Of a stretch of DNA of 64,000 nt, positions 40,561-54,123 are shown in pieces. Every line of letters starts with the position of its first letter. The first letter of the stretch is position 1. The notes under the pieces were generated by a model, which saw only the letters and a list, made by a program, of their open reading frames with translations, did not search any database and was not told the DNA's origin. This stretch comes from Blasia pusilla (lineage: Eukaryota), in the NCBI GenBank assembly GCA_050084515.1, contig CM114271.1, positions 6,076,001-6,140,000 on the forward strand, read 5' to 3'. The translations under genes were made by a program, and so were the position numbers.

Positions 40561-41504
40561 ATTGAAGAGTGAGTTATAGTCAAACTCATCAGCCACACAA
40601 ACTACTACATCTGGAACTCAGATGAAGGAAAAAAGCATATTGGCGCTGAACTTGCCATATATCACCTCCATCCTTGATGGACACTACACCAAGCAAATAC
40701 TTGAGCTCTCCCAAGTCTTTCAACGCAAACTCTAGTTGAAATTGCACCTATTGTAACTTTAGAAGGACTTGTCCAAGTAGGCCCCATCTCCCTCTTCTTT
40801 CTCATTCCCCCACTTGCCTTTCTGATATGCACTTTCTCAATTTTTTTCTCCTCCCACCTGCACTCCCCCCCCCTCCTTCCTTGTCATGCCTTCCACCATA
40901 AACTATAATTCTGGCCCCACCTTTTACAATCTATGTCTGTGGGCATGTCTAAACTTGTCCGCCCATGTCCGTTTTTGTACGACCATGTTTGTTAACCCTA
41001 GTTAGTATAACTATAGACTGTGATTAGAATTAGGACTAGCGTTGCTTGTACATACCTTATATAATTGAGAAAGAGACTAATCCCTACTCATTCTCTCAAA
41101 TTTTTTTCTACGATGATATATGTGTGTGCAAAGTCGTATTCCAGTCGGATTTTTTAGGGCTTTTCCAGTCGATTTAGCAATCTATGTGGTTAGATTTTAG
41201 AATAACGTCAGAGGATGGTTCTAATTATTCTATAGATCTCATATAGACCTTTCCAATGCATCCAAAATTCTTTGGTTATAATATTCTAAGCTCTCATAAT
41301 ACAATTTTAGTGAAGCAAAGTGCAATTAATGAAAGAAAGTTGTGCATGTTGCTCTCTACATGTCAATTTGACTAGTTCTTTCATACAATTGGTCGATTTA
41401 AAAAAAAATTTAAGTCAATTTCTCTATAAGAGTGGTCTATGCGTCAATTGGAGTAGTGTAAAGTTTAAAATAATAATTTTTGACTAAAATTGTTCTTGAT
41501 GGAG

Positions 41505-41820
41505 TATTCCTTAGCAACAATCACAAGCGAGAAGCTAGATAATCATAATTACAATGTTTGGGAGTCTCACATTAAATAAGTTTTAATGAATCAAGAAATA
41601 TGGGAGTTTGTTACATATGACGAGGCCAAGTTAAAAAGTGATTCAACAGACTTGAATGTTTGCACTTGGAACAAATGTACAAGCAAGTAATCCATTAGAT
41701 CTTAATAACGATCATTTCATTATGATTGGTCACATTTAAGATATTGATATCTCGAAAGAGGTATGGGATACAATTAGATAAGTTATTCTAGACATCTACA
41801 AAAATTTGTTGATACTCAAA
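41505..41820 (+). mobile_element. Copia gag N-terminal relic
   Basis: EKLDNHNYNVWESHIK*VLMNQEIWEFV motif. Confidence 0.6.
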
Positions 41821-42280
41821 ACATAGTCATGAATCTTTTCGATTCTTTCCTCATTTTATTCAATTATTCTTTCGATTTAATATTCTCCATAAATTACCCT
41901 TTCCTCACTTTATTGAATGGAACTCGTCTCTCTCACACACACCACCATTAAGGTATTAAAACTTCATGGACTCAATTTATGCTGGGAAAAAGCATGCAGA
42001 GATGTACTACCATTCATCAAACAGAAAGTGCTTGTAGGAGAAATTGATCTAATATATATAGATAAAAACCAAGAGCATTTTGTAGTTAAGTGGGTAATTG
42101 GCATACTAGTCGCCAAACACTAATCAGTTCTGAATCTCCTAAAGTGCATATCATCTCCAACCCTTGATCGATCTCTCCAAGTGACTCATCAAAACTATAG
42201 CACGACAGTTAATTTCTCAAGGTGCATTTCAAAGACTTCCTTACCTCAACCTGAAACATGGTCCAACATGAAACAAAATT

Positions 42281-42532
<252 letters not shown>

Positions 42533-43355
42533 ACCTTTTCTTCCATCCTAGGCACTTTACTTTGGTCCATAACCCAAACTAGATCTGCATGTTGCTAATC
42601 TGCGCTCGTGGGTCTCACCTCCATGCAAATGCCCCATAACGTGCGACAAAGTAAGGGGTTTTTTAATTGCATGCCTTGGAAGACTTATTGAGTTTTGTGG
42701 AAGAACAGTAGGCATCAATTTATTCCATGGCGCTCTTAAAAGAACAATAGGGTCCTTTTTATTAGTCCCCCTTCCATGGAAGACGTTAAAATAATATAGG
42801 GCATACATCTAACATGTGTTTGGATAATATTTTTCCACTTATCATTCATTCAATGATACACTTGTCAAACCTATATATATTAAAACCTAGGTTCTTTAGA
42901 TTAAAAATTCCTTTTAAATTTTATAAGATATTCCTCACTTTTCCCATGTTTGGTTCCCCCTTTCTGAGATTTAGGGTTGAAGACTAGCATCAAAGAGAGC
43001 CGCTAGTCAAAGATTGAGCAAGCGCAACAAGCAAACTGCATATCTTACGGTTGTTTCGTTGCTGCAGGCTCACATTTCCATCAAAATTTTGTACGCATTT
43101 TTCCTATCTTTCCCCTTTCTTTGCTTACTTCTTTTCTTTCATTCAAAATATTCCTTTGAATGAACTATTTGCAACTCATCTCGGCCTTGCAACTTTTTAA
43201 CATTGCAAGCTACATGTTGGAGTTGATTCAATTTATCGTGTGCGCTTGCGAATGGTTATCAAGACTTTGATGGTGGTGGACAAGATTTTTTCTCCATTTG
43301 GCCACAAAAATTTTTGCTCTTGTTTTGGTGTGTCGACCCTCCATTTTTTTCGAGT

Positions 43356-43512
<157 letters not shown>

Positions 43513-45866
43513 GATGGGAAGCAATCTGATCGGGATTCAGATAAAGATCACAACTTTGGTATATGGGAGATGCCTCAGAATCTAATAAACCGATAATACA
43601 AACACATGGGAGCATTCACTCACTAGATCATTTTCGGCCTTGTACAACAGCTTCTAGTAATAGGAGAGAGCACGATTAGTCGATTGAACATGAATTCGCA
43701 TTGTGAGCAAGCCTTACTCCCATAATTGCTTTCACCAATTGTGAAGCATCTCATTGCCCATATTCTTCTATGGTTATTCCACATACTTTGTATTTTTCTG
43801 CACCTCCGCCAACTCCTTGATGAATTGCGAAATGGGCCCAAAGATGAGAGATCGAGGATGAGGGCGTTCAAGGCTTTCATGCTCATAATATAGGACTCAT
43901 CCACTAGAACACCCTACGGAAGATGGGCCGGAAGATCTTATGGTGACTGACCCACAAATTCCTCATCATTTTGAAAGAAGGAGATGGCAACGAGCTCTTT
44001 GTTGTCCTCTACGCAGCTCTTGCAGCTCTTAGCTCCCCCGCCCACATTCCTTTTAGCCACGAGGCTGCCGCGGGAATCTCCATGATTTGGACGCGGATTT
44101 GGAGCCAGTTTGATACTCCGGAAGAGTATCCATTGGGTATTCTCTCGGCGTCAGAATTACGCTAGATTGGTTGGAGTGCGAGTTACGACTCGAAATCGAT
44201 AAAACTTACATCACACGGGTGTTTGGTATGGCTAGGGTAAGGTAGCAAAATGGAAAGGTCTCAAAATCCAACAAATCCCATGCGTGGCTATGCCAAATTT
44301 GCTTCATTGAAGCAATCAAGTTAGGTAAGGCCTAGAAAGGCTTTTCAACACCAAGACACTGACAAAGAGGGCGTACGTTTCCAACATGAAATTTTCATAC
44401 ATGGCCAACAACTCTAGACGACTTTGGGAGGGATTCCTTTCTTCCCACGCCTTTCTATCATGTCAGTGAATTCCACAAGATGATCCCCAAAAGCTGTCAT
44501 AGGACTTGATCATGACAACACTAAGTTGTTTCTCTCTGTCTCGTCGTAGAGATACGCCTTTCTTGTCCTTCTTATGAATTCTTCTCCACATGGAGACCAC
44601 TCTGTAGAAGCATTCCAATAAGTGGTGGCAATCGTGGAAGGAAGTGTTTCTTACTATCTTCTCCATGGACTTCTTGGAGGAATCGTCGGGGATCTTGGGC
44701 AACACCGTCGCCAACGCCGCCGTGCTTGGAACGCCGCCTGGACTACTACTTGTGAGTCATGCCTCAACCCTAAGACCCTGCGGATCAATAGAAGAGGAAT
44801 TTGATTCTCATACAACCACATATTATCTTTCCCGTCCTGTTGAGTAACACGAACGCATATGCCTATGCTAAAATTACTAAGCTAAACACACCATAATTGT
44901 TCATCACGTGGGTCACCTAAAGTCACTACCCCAAAGTGCTAGGAAGTACCATATGTTGGGGGATCTCAATTAACTAAGCTGAGTAGTGTTGCAAAGAGCT
45001 TCTTGCTTGATGCTTGGAAGCTCTGCTCTAACATCCTCTATGGTCAACAACCGCTGTTTATGAGAGTCTTCCTCCTCTAATCTCCTTGGCTTGTTCCTCT
45101 CTCTATAGTTATCCATGTTGAGTACCATCCAACCTGGAGGATGGTAGGAAATAGAGTTTGAAAGTGCCAAATTCAGCCCAATTGCTAGACCTCTCTAAAT
45201 TCTTTTACTTCTCGCAAAATATGGGATATTATCTGATTGCATGCTTATCAAGCTTCAAATCCCTCTCTTCCAAGACTGCGGAGACCCTCCCTATTTTTTA
45301 GAAACACTTCCCTGCCTCATTGAAGGAACTCTGCCATTCAATTCAGTCCGGGGAGGTAATATTACTGGACAATGGAGGACCAGACTTGCAATAGCCTAGC
45401 CCCAGCTAATCAACCATTTACTCTGATTAGATTCCAAGATGGGTGTGATGGTGACTTTGGTAACCACACTTGGGGCCGACCGCTCACTTGTTTCTATCTG
45501 AAGTCTGATCTCTTTAAAGGGTACAGTTGGTGCAACCTCAATGAAGACCTGATCATGGTATTAAAATATCAGATATTTTTAACTATTTGCCATGAGTTAT
45601 GTTGTGAACTAGTTTAGTTTCTTGAAAGTAGGTGTTTGTCTAAGTTATAGGCAAATGACTTTTAAGTCATTTAGTTTGTCTAAAATTTTGCATGCCTATA
45701 TCCTCTATTTTTTAATAACTAACTCAATGTCCATGTTTAAATTTCCAATAACCATAACAATAAGGTACAAGGGGCAAGCCAAGAATAATCCACACTATAG
45801 GAAGAACATGAGCAGGAGGTTGCCACAAATTTCCCTGTTCTCACACATTGTGTTGCGATATTGCAG

Positions 45867-46464
45867 TCCCCATTTGTGTGCTATTTGCGATTTCCATGGA
45901 GATCTAGTGATTTGTGATGAGCTTTGCCATTGACAATTTGACCATATTCACAGAGTTGGCCAGACAGTTTCCCATTGCCCTGCGGTGGTCATTCCATAGG
46001 ACAAGGTGTGCGACCCTTGATATTGTCATGAGTGTACCTCGGGGAATTTATACACTCATGACTTGAAGTATTTATATACTTAGGAAAATATCAAGTACTT
46101 CAAGTGTGTCATAATGGCTTCCATTCAAACTAATATCTGACAATGCCCCCAACCTTTCTATGTTCGCTTCTTTTTTCATGGATGCTTGCCACTTGATGTG
46201 CAGTCTTGCCCTCTTCATACATTTGTGGCATGCAACATCCCGCATCGCGACGAGCATCTAGCAAACGCCGTCCAATGTTTGAGATGTCCCAAGACATGGC
46301 ATGTGGGTTGCCTAGCAGCGAGCAAGGAAGAACGTTTTGCATCTGGTAGAGAATCTTGGCGCCATGTGTCACATAATGAGATCAGATGGATGATCTATTG
46401 CCCTAAGCATCCAATTGTCCCCACCCTAGGTAGTGCAGATTATAATCATATCTCTTGGCTTTAA
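45867..46464 (+). pseudogene. EDM2/NSD-type composite PHD-finger ORF relic, copy 2
   Basis: CAICDFHGDLVICDELCH*QF...C...P*YCHEC, then KYFKC...QCPQPFYVRFFFHGCLPLDVQSCPLH...C...AVQCLRCPKTWHVGCL...WMIYCPKHPIVPTLGSADYNHISWL*. Confidence 0.8.
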
Positions 46465-46823
46465 TTTATGAACAAGATAGATATATTTGGAGGTCCATAG
46501 AAGTAGGCACAATGGGACCGTAGTCCTGTCACCTAATTCATATTTAGGATTTTGCACAAGTTACCTTAATGTTTTAAGCCTTTTTGCAACTTCAGACTCA
46601 AAACTATAACTAATATTGAATGGATGTTTTGGTTGGGTTGTAATGAAATGTATTGAGTCTTGAAGGTGGAATGAGTAAAGTTATTTGATGTTATGTATGA
46701 CTATCAATATTGTTGTAGATGTGTGACAAACCTTGATATGTGACCTCCTTTGTTCATTGTTGTGGTACATGACACGTTCAACTACATATATGATAGTTTG
46801 AAAGCCTTTGACACCTAGTGCAA

Positions 46824-49800
46824 ATGGAAAACCCTAGTTCCAACTCAATAAGACTAGTAGAAAAGATGGCAAAAGGGAAGGATGATATGCCAATGTGTGC
46901 GTTGTCCTTCAAAAAAAGATAGACACTTGCCGACTTCCGCATTAGATGTGCTAGGGCAGTTGATTTTGAATTTGATTTTTGGGATGATAGGCTACATGGT
47001 AGAGTTAGACATCCTGTTGAGAACCTCATTGAGATTAGTGAACTTGAAGGAAATGTTTTTTTGATTACACAAGAAGCCTCTGGATGTATTGGGGGGGTTG
47101 CAATTGTTTCCTCACATTCATCTGCTGCCACTGTGTTTATCATATAGGACACAATTTTTGGGTCTCAATCACATATAGGAATCACAATCCAAGAGCAAGT
47201 AGTTAATACACTGCCTACAATGGGTTCCTTTAAGTCTTGCCTTATGTCTGAGGTGGCAGAAAAGAGTTGGTTTGAGGAGTGGAGCAAGCTTAAAGATTGG
47301 GTAAAGCGACAAGGATACAATGAGCATAAGTGGAGAGTACTGACCTGGGATGAGGGCCAAGATGTCCGAGGGCACCTGGAGTGCTTAGAGTGTCGGGAGA
47401 CTTATGGAATGCTGTTGATTCCCAGGTTATAAATTCGATTGCAAATTGTTTTAGAAATTTCAAGACTAAGCATCTCAACAACCCGAAGCACAAGGATTAT
47501 TTTTTGTAAGAGAAGGGGTTTACCTAGTACATTGATTTCTCCTAGTGACATTGTCCAACAACCTCTATGAGATCACGAACATCACATTGCCACAGGTTTA
47601 GGAATAGTTGAGAAGATGAATGCAGAGATTGGGGGTGAGGTAATGGTGTTCTCTATGACACCATCTTCCACTAATTCAAAATTTGCACAAAGGTCATACC
47701 TTTTCAAGGTATGATGTACAATCACTGGCAAGCTGCACACCGACATGTGCCCAAGAAAGGCCAATTTGAAGCATAATCTATGCCAACATTTGGTTAGTCG
47801 TGATCAATAGGATGCTCTTGAAACTAGAGAGGTCACTGCCCAACTTGGATTGAGGTCTGGGAAGAAGGGAAGACCAAGAAACCCAGATCCTAGGGATTTA
47901 TTTGCATCTCAAAATTCCATTACCAAATTCTTTAACCTTATGGTCTCAAGGAAGGAAGCAGTTCAGGAAAAGGTGGGTTTGCTTCCTTTATTGATCTTGG
48001 ACTAAGTTTCCTTTTTTGGGGCTTATGGGAGTCAAACGTGCAAGGGAGAGGAGAGTTTGTGGATGTGAAGGCCATACTAGATGATCAGACATGAGGAACT
48101 ATCTGGGACTATGAGCTTACCACTTCAGCGCGGGTGTTCAACCTAAGTAGTAAGTCAATTGTATGCAAACAAGGTTGTTTTAGGCACAAGCTTTGCCCTA
48201 AATTGTCAAGTAATGGGGGAGGAATTTAGAACCTCACTTGTAGTCATTGTGACTCCATTAAGTAGGAGGATGATATTCGTGGTCGGGTGCCCAGGGAAGC
48301 GGAAGCTTTAAAGCATAGAGGAGGCAGGACAACTCAAAGAGGGATGGCCATGAAGTACTTGACCAAGACAGAGTTGAGGGAGCACGTCGGAAAGTTGAAG
48401 GTGAGATTTAGGAGACAACGTTAGATTTTGGCACAACAGTCATAGAGGATTTCTGCCTTAAGTATTAGGTGAAAGAAGCTCGAAGGCATGTTCGGAGTAG
48501 CTACAGATAAGAAAGATTTGAGACTATTTCTTAGGAATGTAGTAAATGAGCATAGGGATGGGGCATTTGGTGGTAAGGAAGGGTTGTGGGATTCTTGAAA
48601 GATGTGGCTAAGAGTTTTCAAAGAGGGGCTAAGGGTTATCGTTATAGTTAGAGAACCAAAGCCTTTTCCCAAGCCATGTTCCAGTTTGGTGGCAGACAAG
48701 TAGCCCACTGCTTTCAGGAAAACTTGGAAGGACCAGTCTAAAGACCTTGAAACGTGATAGAGCAAAACTACCACCCTTTAGAGTTGGGCTATAAAAAGAG
48801 ATATTCCAAGAGATCTCCCAAGTACTACTTGCCTCAAAACAGCTTCTCGGAATCAAGGGACATGTGCCTGTTATGTTTGTTGAGGATGAAAGAAGGATAA
48901 AAGAAAGGTCAAATTGTGTTTGAATCACTGGAGACATATACTATTTTGCATATTTATTTGTCACGTCTATCTTTTTCTATTGGGCATATGTGGGTGGCAA
49001 TACTCTGTGTCCATTCTTCCAAATGGATACTTGTATGGCTTTGGAAACCAATATCCACCCCACAATGGCAAAAAGGCTATTAGTCCATTGGACAGATGTG
49101 TTGCCATGGTAGTCTTGGTGACTAGCATGCGTCGTTGTTCTATGTGACATCTGTTTATAACCATTATAAAATTGAGGAGCATGGCTTGAAGTGGGATGAT
49201 GTGAATAAGACTGCCAGGAAAAATTGGGTTGGCCCACAATGGATAGCATCCAGGAGAGTGCAAGCCTCCCTACAACACAAGTTTGAGCGGCAAGATATTT
49301 GGCATGATAGAAGCTTTGGGACTAAGTTGTACCTTGAGATTTTTGTAGATTACATCAATATTATCTTCTCTGTTAAGCATGACTTGCGAACTCGTATAGT
49401 ATTGGCATCTAAGGTATCTTAGTTTTTCCGTTTGTGGAGGCTATGGTTGAGATACGGTGACCATTTTGTGACCGAGAATACAAGATGTGTCATAGAAAAA
49501 AATATGATCTCTGTTCAGGCCTTCCATGATATCAATATGTCTTGCCATTTTATTGTACTCTTAGTTTGTGCATTTTGAGACAAGTTTCCATATCTTCAAG
49601 TTCCATTTCACTTGCTAGGATTTGATTGCTGTGAGATTTTCTTCAGCAAGGTAGGTGGCATGAGTTATTATGAAAAAAACTATGACTTTGGATCTCTACT
49701 AGATAGTGCAGTAGGAGTGAATTGACTAGTTGGCTTAGAGTATGGACCAGGAGGATTAAAGATACGTAGCTCACATCATAAGCAAGATCATGTTTGGGAA

Positions 49801-50980
49801 AATTGCATCCTCTTGATGAGGGAGACCAGGCTCCAAATCTATTTGATTATTCATTGGTTGGGACTAATGAGTTGGTTGTTGATGCTCTCAAACAAAGGTT
49901 GAATGCAACAAAAGATCTTTTGCGGTTGTTGAACATGTCTCCAAGGAGTTCATTTCCAATTGCAAAATAAAGGTGGTGGGTACATCGTTGGGATGTGGAG
50001 GCCGAGACATGGCCTGATTCAACTTCAACAAGGGAAGCAATGTCATGTGATGATGTCGAAGAACATGGAGATCACCGATCCACAATAGAGTCTCCAATGT
50101 ATGGGCATCCAACTGGGGAGTTTTTGGAGTTTGAGAACTCTGAGGAAGATTTGAATCAGATTGATTCTTGGGTTGTAGAAGAAAGTTGTGATATAAGTGT
50201 GCCTTTCATAATAGATGACGAAGAGATAGATGTTGACATTGACCCAACATCGATTGAGATGGAGATATTAGGACATGAAGTAAGGCATGTGTTTGCATCT
50301 ATTCAAGCAGAACTGACTAATGTGGCGATTCCCCATGCAACAATGCCTACTCTAACTAATTAAGGCAAGATTATCTATAAATCCACCCTTGTAAGTCAGT
50401 TGTCTTGCAATCCTTTCATGTCAAAGGAGAGGCTAACTCGAATAGCCCAAATGACATATTACACTATTGGCAAGGGAAAGGAATGTGATCGTAATTTCCC
50501 AACTTGTTTGGTTGATGTTGGTAGTGATATTGGAGTTTTGTTTGAATCTACAGCAGACGTTGGGCCTTCCAGGAGATCAACAAAGTCAAAGAAAAGGAAG
50601 GGAAAAGAGACACACCTTTCAGTGGAGGCAAGAGTTGCAAAAAAGAGTATTGGTTGGGGCGTATTGTATTTATGATTCAAAAGAATGGTTCACATTGGTC
50701 AATACATCGTAGAGCTTTGGACTTGTTTGACAGGCCTATACCTGCTCTTGGACAGAAGGGAAGTATTTGTTGTGTTATGTGTAATTGGTACAAGTCTTTC
50801 GGGCGTGGTAACAACAAAACCTTGTTCACTTATGATGCGATAGATGTGCAATGTTTTGATATTGAAATGGTGATTTCTAATGTGAACTTGACTATGAAAT
50901 CATGGGTATAAGATAGAATCTATATACTTGATTGAGTTGACTTACATGCGTTGACTACATACATTCAGAGTGTGAGTTGA
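46824..50980 (+). mobile_element. Decayed P-superfamily-like DDE transposase with N-terminal zinc fingers and a C-terminal extension
   Basis: KGYRYS*RTK...GGRQV...NLEGP (~48631); first catalytic D in PVMFVEDE (48885); D(2)H-type motif Q[D>Y]PPHNGKK (49049-49075); TARKNW (DRQNW-like); FFRLWRLWL; catalytic E in LLGFDCCEIFFSKVGGM (49633). Upstream CLEC...HLNNPKH zinc finger. Many stops and frameshifts. Confidence 0.65.
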
Positions 50981-51526
50981 TCTTGGTGAGTTTTTTAATG
51001 TTTGAGACATGTTGGATTAAATATTTTTGTGGATTATGCATAGAATGTACTTGACACTCTTTAATTGTGAGTAGGATAATGGGAGGGGGTAGGCTAGGGG
51101 AATGAAAATTGGCTAATTGAGCTTCTTGCTCAATTAGGGGTTCAATTTGCCTGTGTGATAGTGTAAGGAAAACATGTTGGACGTTAACTTAACTTGGTAA
51201 TTTTCTTTTTTTTCAAGGCCTTATTTATTTCAAGTGATTGCTTTACTTAAAGAATTTTAGGGATACCAAAAAAGAAGAATGATTCCTTTAAAGTACAAAA
51301 GGGTGAGAAAAAAAATCACTTATAAGTTAGGGGATCTAGAGACTAAAATTTCGCAGGTGATGTAAAGCCTTCTATTTGGGGACCCCCCCAAGAATCCGCG
51401 TTTGACTAATTAATCCACAAAATAACTTGGACAAGTCAATTACCAACTTGCCCAAAGTTAGCGCGGCAGCTAGTTCTGTTGCCCTTTCTACTTATGACTA
51501 ACTAGTCTAGATTTCAACTTTGACGG

Positions 51527-53242
51527 AACTAGAACAAAAACACGGCTTTTATGACTAAGATTTGTATGACTGGCGTTTGTCATGACTGGAACTTATGACT
51601 AGATTTTCTCTTAGTCATTCTTTAGTCATATGTTAATAAAAAGTACGGAAAATTTAGTCATTTACAAATATGACTTGGTCATAAAACTACGTCGGAATAT
51701 GACTAAGTCATATCCAAACATTTCCTAGGATTTAGATAGTCATTTTAAATGATGAGTGAGTAACGAGATGTTATGACTCTATTGTAGAAAAAAAATATTT
51801 AGTATAGAAATGATTATCCAGCCTATGGCACAATCTCAAGCCAAAGCCATGGTGGAAAACTTGCATGTACCGTATATGGACCGTATGTGGATCCAGATTT
51901 CTCCAAACAATGTGGAAAGCCCATATTTGGCGGTCATAGAAGACATCTTCCACCAGACCATGTTTGGAGAGGGCGACCTTACGGCCCTCGATTCAATTGT
52001 GAGAGGGAGTCTAGACCACCACCGCCAAGGATTACATCAGATGAAATTATGGAATGGGTTGAGGAGAAAAATATATATGATGATGGAGGTAGTCGAGAGG
52101 ATGCTCCTACTGATCCATACAAGAGGATAGGGATAAAGCGGCGAAGTAAACTCTTTGATTTGCCATATTGGAAAGTATCCAACAAACATCTAATTGTTTT
52201 CAAATTTTTGTTGTGATAGGTGATATAGTTACTTATCTCTTGTCAACCATGAATATGCATATATTTTTCCTTGAGCTCGAAGTAGCATTTGTTGATACGA
52301 CACACCCTAGATGTTATGCATGTGGAGAAGAATATATTTGAGAATCTAGTTAAAAATCTATTTGGGATGAAGGATACAGTGAAGGTTAGAAGAGATATGG
52401 AGGCTCGTGGAATTCGACCTCACTTATGGTTACAACCCCATCCAAGTAAAGCAACAGGGCTAGTGAAACCTCAATGTGATTATGTTTTATCACCTCATGA
52501 AATGTCCATTTTCCTAACTAGGATTGAGTTCACGAAAGTGCCTACGGGATATAGTGCAGAGTTGAAGAAGCACGTGGTTAAAAAGAAATTGGGATCCACG
52601 AAGTCACATGATTATCATATGTTGATTCACCAAATCTTTGCCTTTGCCCTTTGTGGGCTAATGAAGGATCCAATTCGCTCATCAATCATACGTTTGAGTA
52701 TATTTAGAAACTTGTAAGTTGTTTGTGAATATTGGAACTCACAAAAAGTCATATGCGAATCTTGAAACCAAACCTTAGTCATAAACTCCCATGTTAAGTC
52801 CCCCATGAAAACATGTTTCCTAGATTGGAAAATGAGTCCAAACTTAGAAAAAAATGAACAAAAAACCTACTTTGCTAGAGAAAAAATTGCTACTTTACAA
52901 GACTTTTGTAAGTCCAAAAATGACTACTTGGACTCACCAAGTGGTGACTATTTTGTGATCATTTTCAACTATTTTTTGAGTGAGTTACAAGTCTTTTTGC
53001 GACTATGTAGACTTGCAATCACTCGTAATGCTAAAAAATTTGGGAGTCATTTCTGACCACCTTTGCGATTAACCTTTGATTGAATTGGAAGTGTAAGAAA
53101 ATGGAACTTTTGAGCTGCATGGCAATCCCAATTTGTGAGTCAAATTCTTGGTTTTGCAAATCCGGGACTTGCAAAGTTATGACTATAGAGCAGCTCTAGT
53201 GCTGCTCCTACGACTCACAAACTGAATAGGAATGTAGTAGTG
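51527..53242 (+). mobile_element. Internally deleted CACTA/EnSpm element with transposase fragment
   Basis: Degenerate left end (a)ACTAGAACAAAAA and right end ...GTAGTAGTG, with TGACT/AGTCA subterminal repeats. TSD not matched, so the two ends may belong to different copies. Confidence 0.7.
51880..52717 (+). pseudogene. CACTA Tnp2/TnpD-type transposase fragment
   Basis: GIKRRSKLFDLPYWK, an intron at about 52176-52285, then LLIRHTLDVMHVEKN...KVPTGYS...KSHDYHML. Confidence 0.9.
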
Positions 53243-54063
53243 GACAAAGATTAGTCTTGTTTAATTAATTTTGAGAGTATCATTAAGTTTTAAAATAAGC
53301 TATACAGTTTTTTAGAATTGGTCATTAGTAAGACAAAGATAAGTCATAGACTTAGAGGAAAGAATTGCTATGGGACAAGGATTGAGAAACTCCATAAGTT
53401 GCAAGAGTTTCATTGACGATCATGAGAGAGCCAATGAGATGATTACATATGTGTGAGCCACTTGGTATAGTACAATTCATACTATTGATAGAAAATGGGG
53501 TTACATAAGCCCTCATCCTGGTCTTAACATTAGTCCTCTTACGCTCCTCTATTGGTAACAAGTGTCAATTCAATTCAAATAAATAAATAAATTATAGAGC
53601 AATTAAATTAGGAGGGGAAAAGATGGGAGAGGACAGACTTTTGTATCACATGGAAAACACACCAATTTCATTCAAAATGAATCTAGATTCCAATTTCCGT
53701 AGACGGAAGGGTCAACCTATTAAATCACCTAATTGGTTCTCGTGTTGCTCAGCACGGGCGAAAGAAGTGACCTCCTCTCTTCATCTTGCACATTTCTCCA
53801 TCTTAGTTAGATAAAACCAAGTATTTAGAGAGGATAAACGTCTTGATCAAAGACCACCTAAAAAAGAGAAATGTAAAACATATAGATGTTTGTTGCAGAG
53901 ACCTCTATCACCAATCATAAAAATAAAAAATAATGCCAAAAATGTCGCCACACTAGAATCTCCTTAATACCTTTAAACGGAAAGCCGAAATAAGAAGGGA
54001 AAGTGTGAAAGGCGAAGAAGAAACGACGAAAAGTTGAAATAAGTCCACTACAAAGTTCCGCGG

Positions 54064-54105
54064 CCCACGAATATACAAAAGATTCAATTCTTTGGAAATA
54101 TTTAA
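54064..54105 (+). promoter_or_regulatory. Candidate snRNA-type (USE + TATA) promoter
   Basis: CCCAC core at 54064 and TATTTAA at 54099, 35 bp apart, similar to plant U6-type Pol III spacing. The match to the USE consensus RTCCCACATCG is only partial. Confidence 0.35.
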
Positions 54106-54123
54106 TCTCCTACGGACACCTAC

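Noticed and set aside
43623-45170. Minus-strand ORF fragments left of the PHD cassette
   Set aside because: May be further cargo of the element, but no identifiable domain supports a call.
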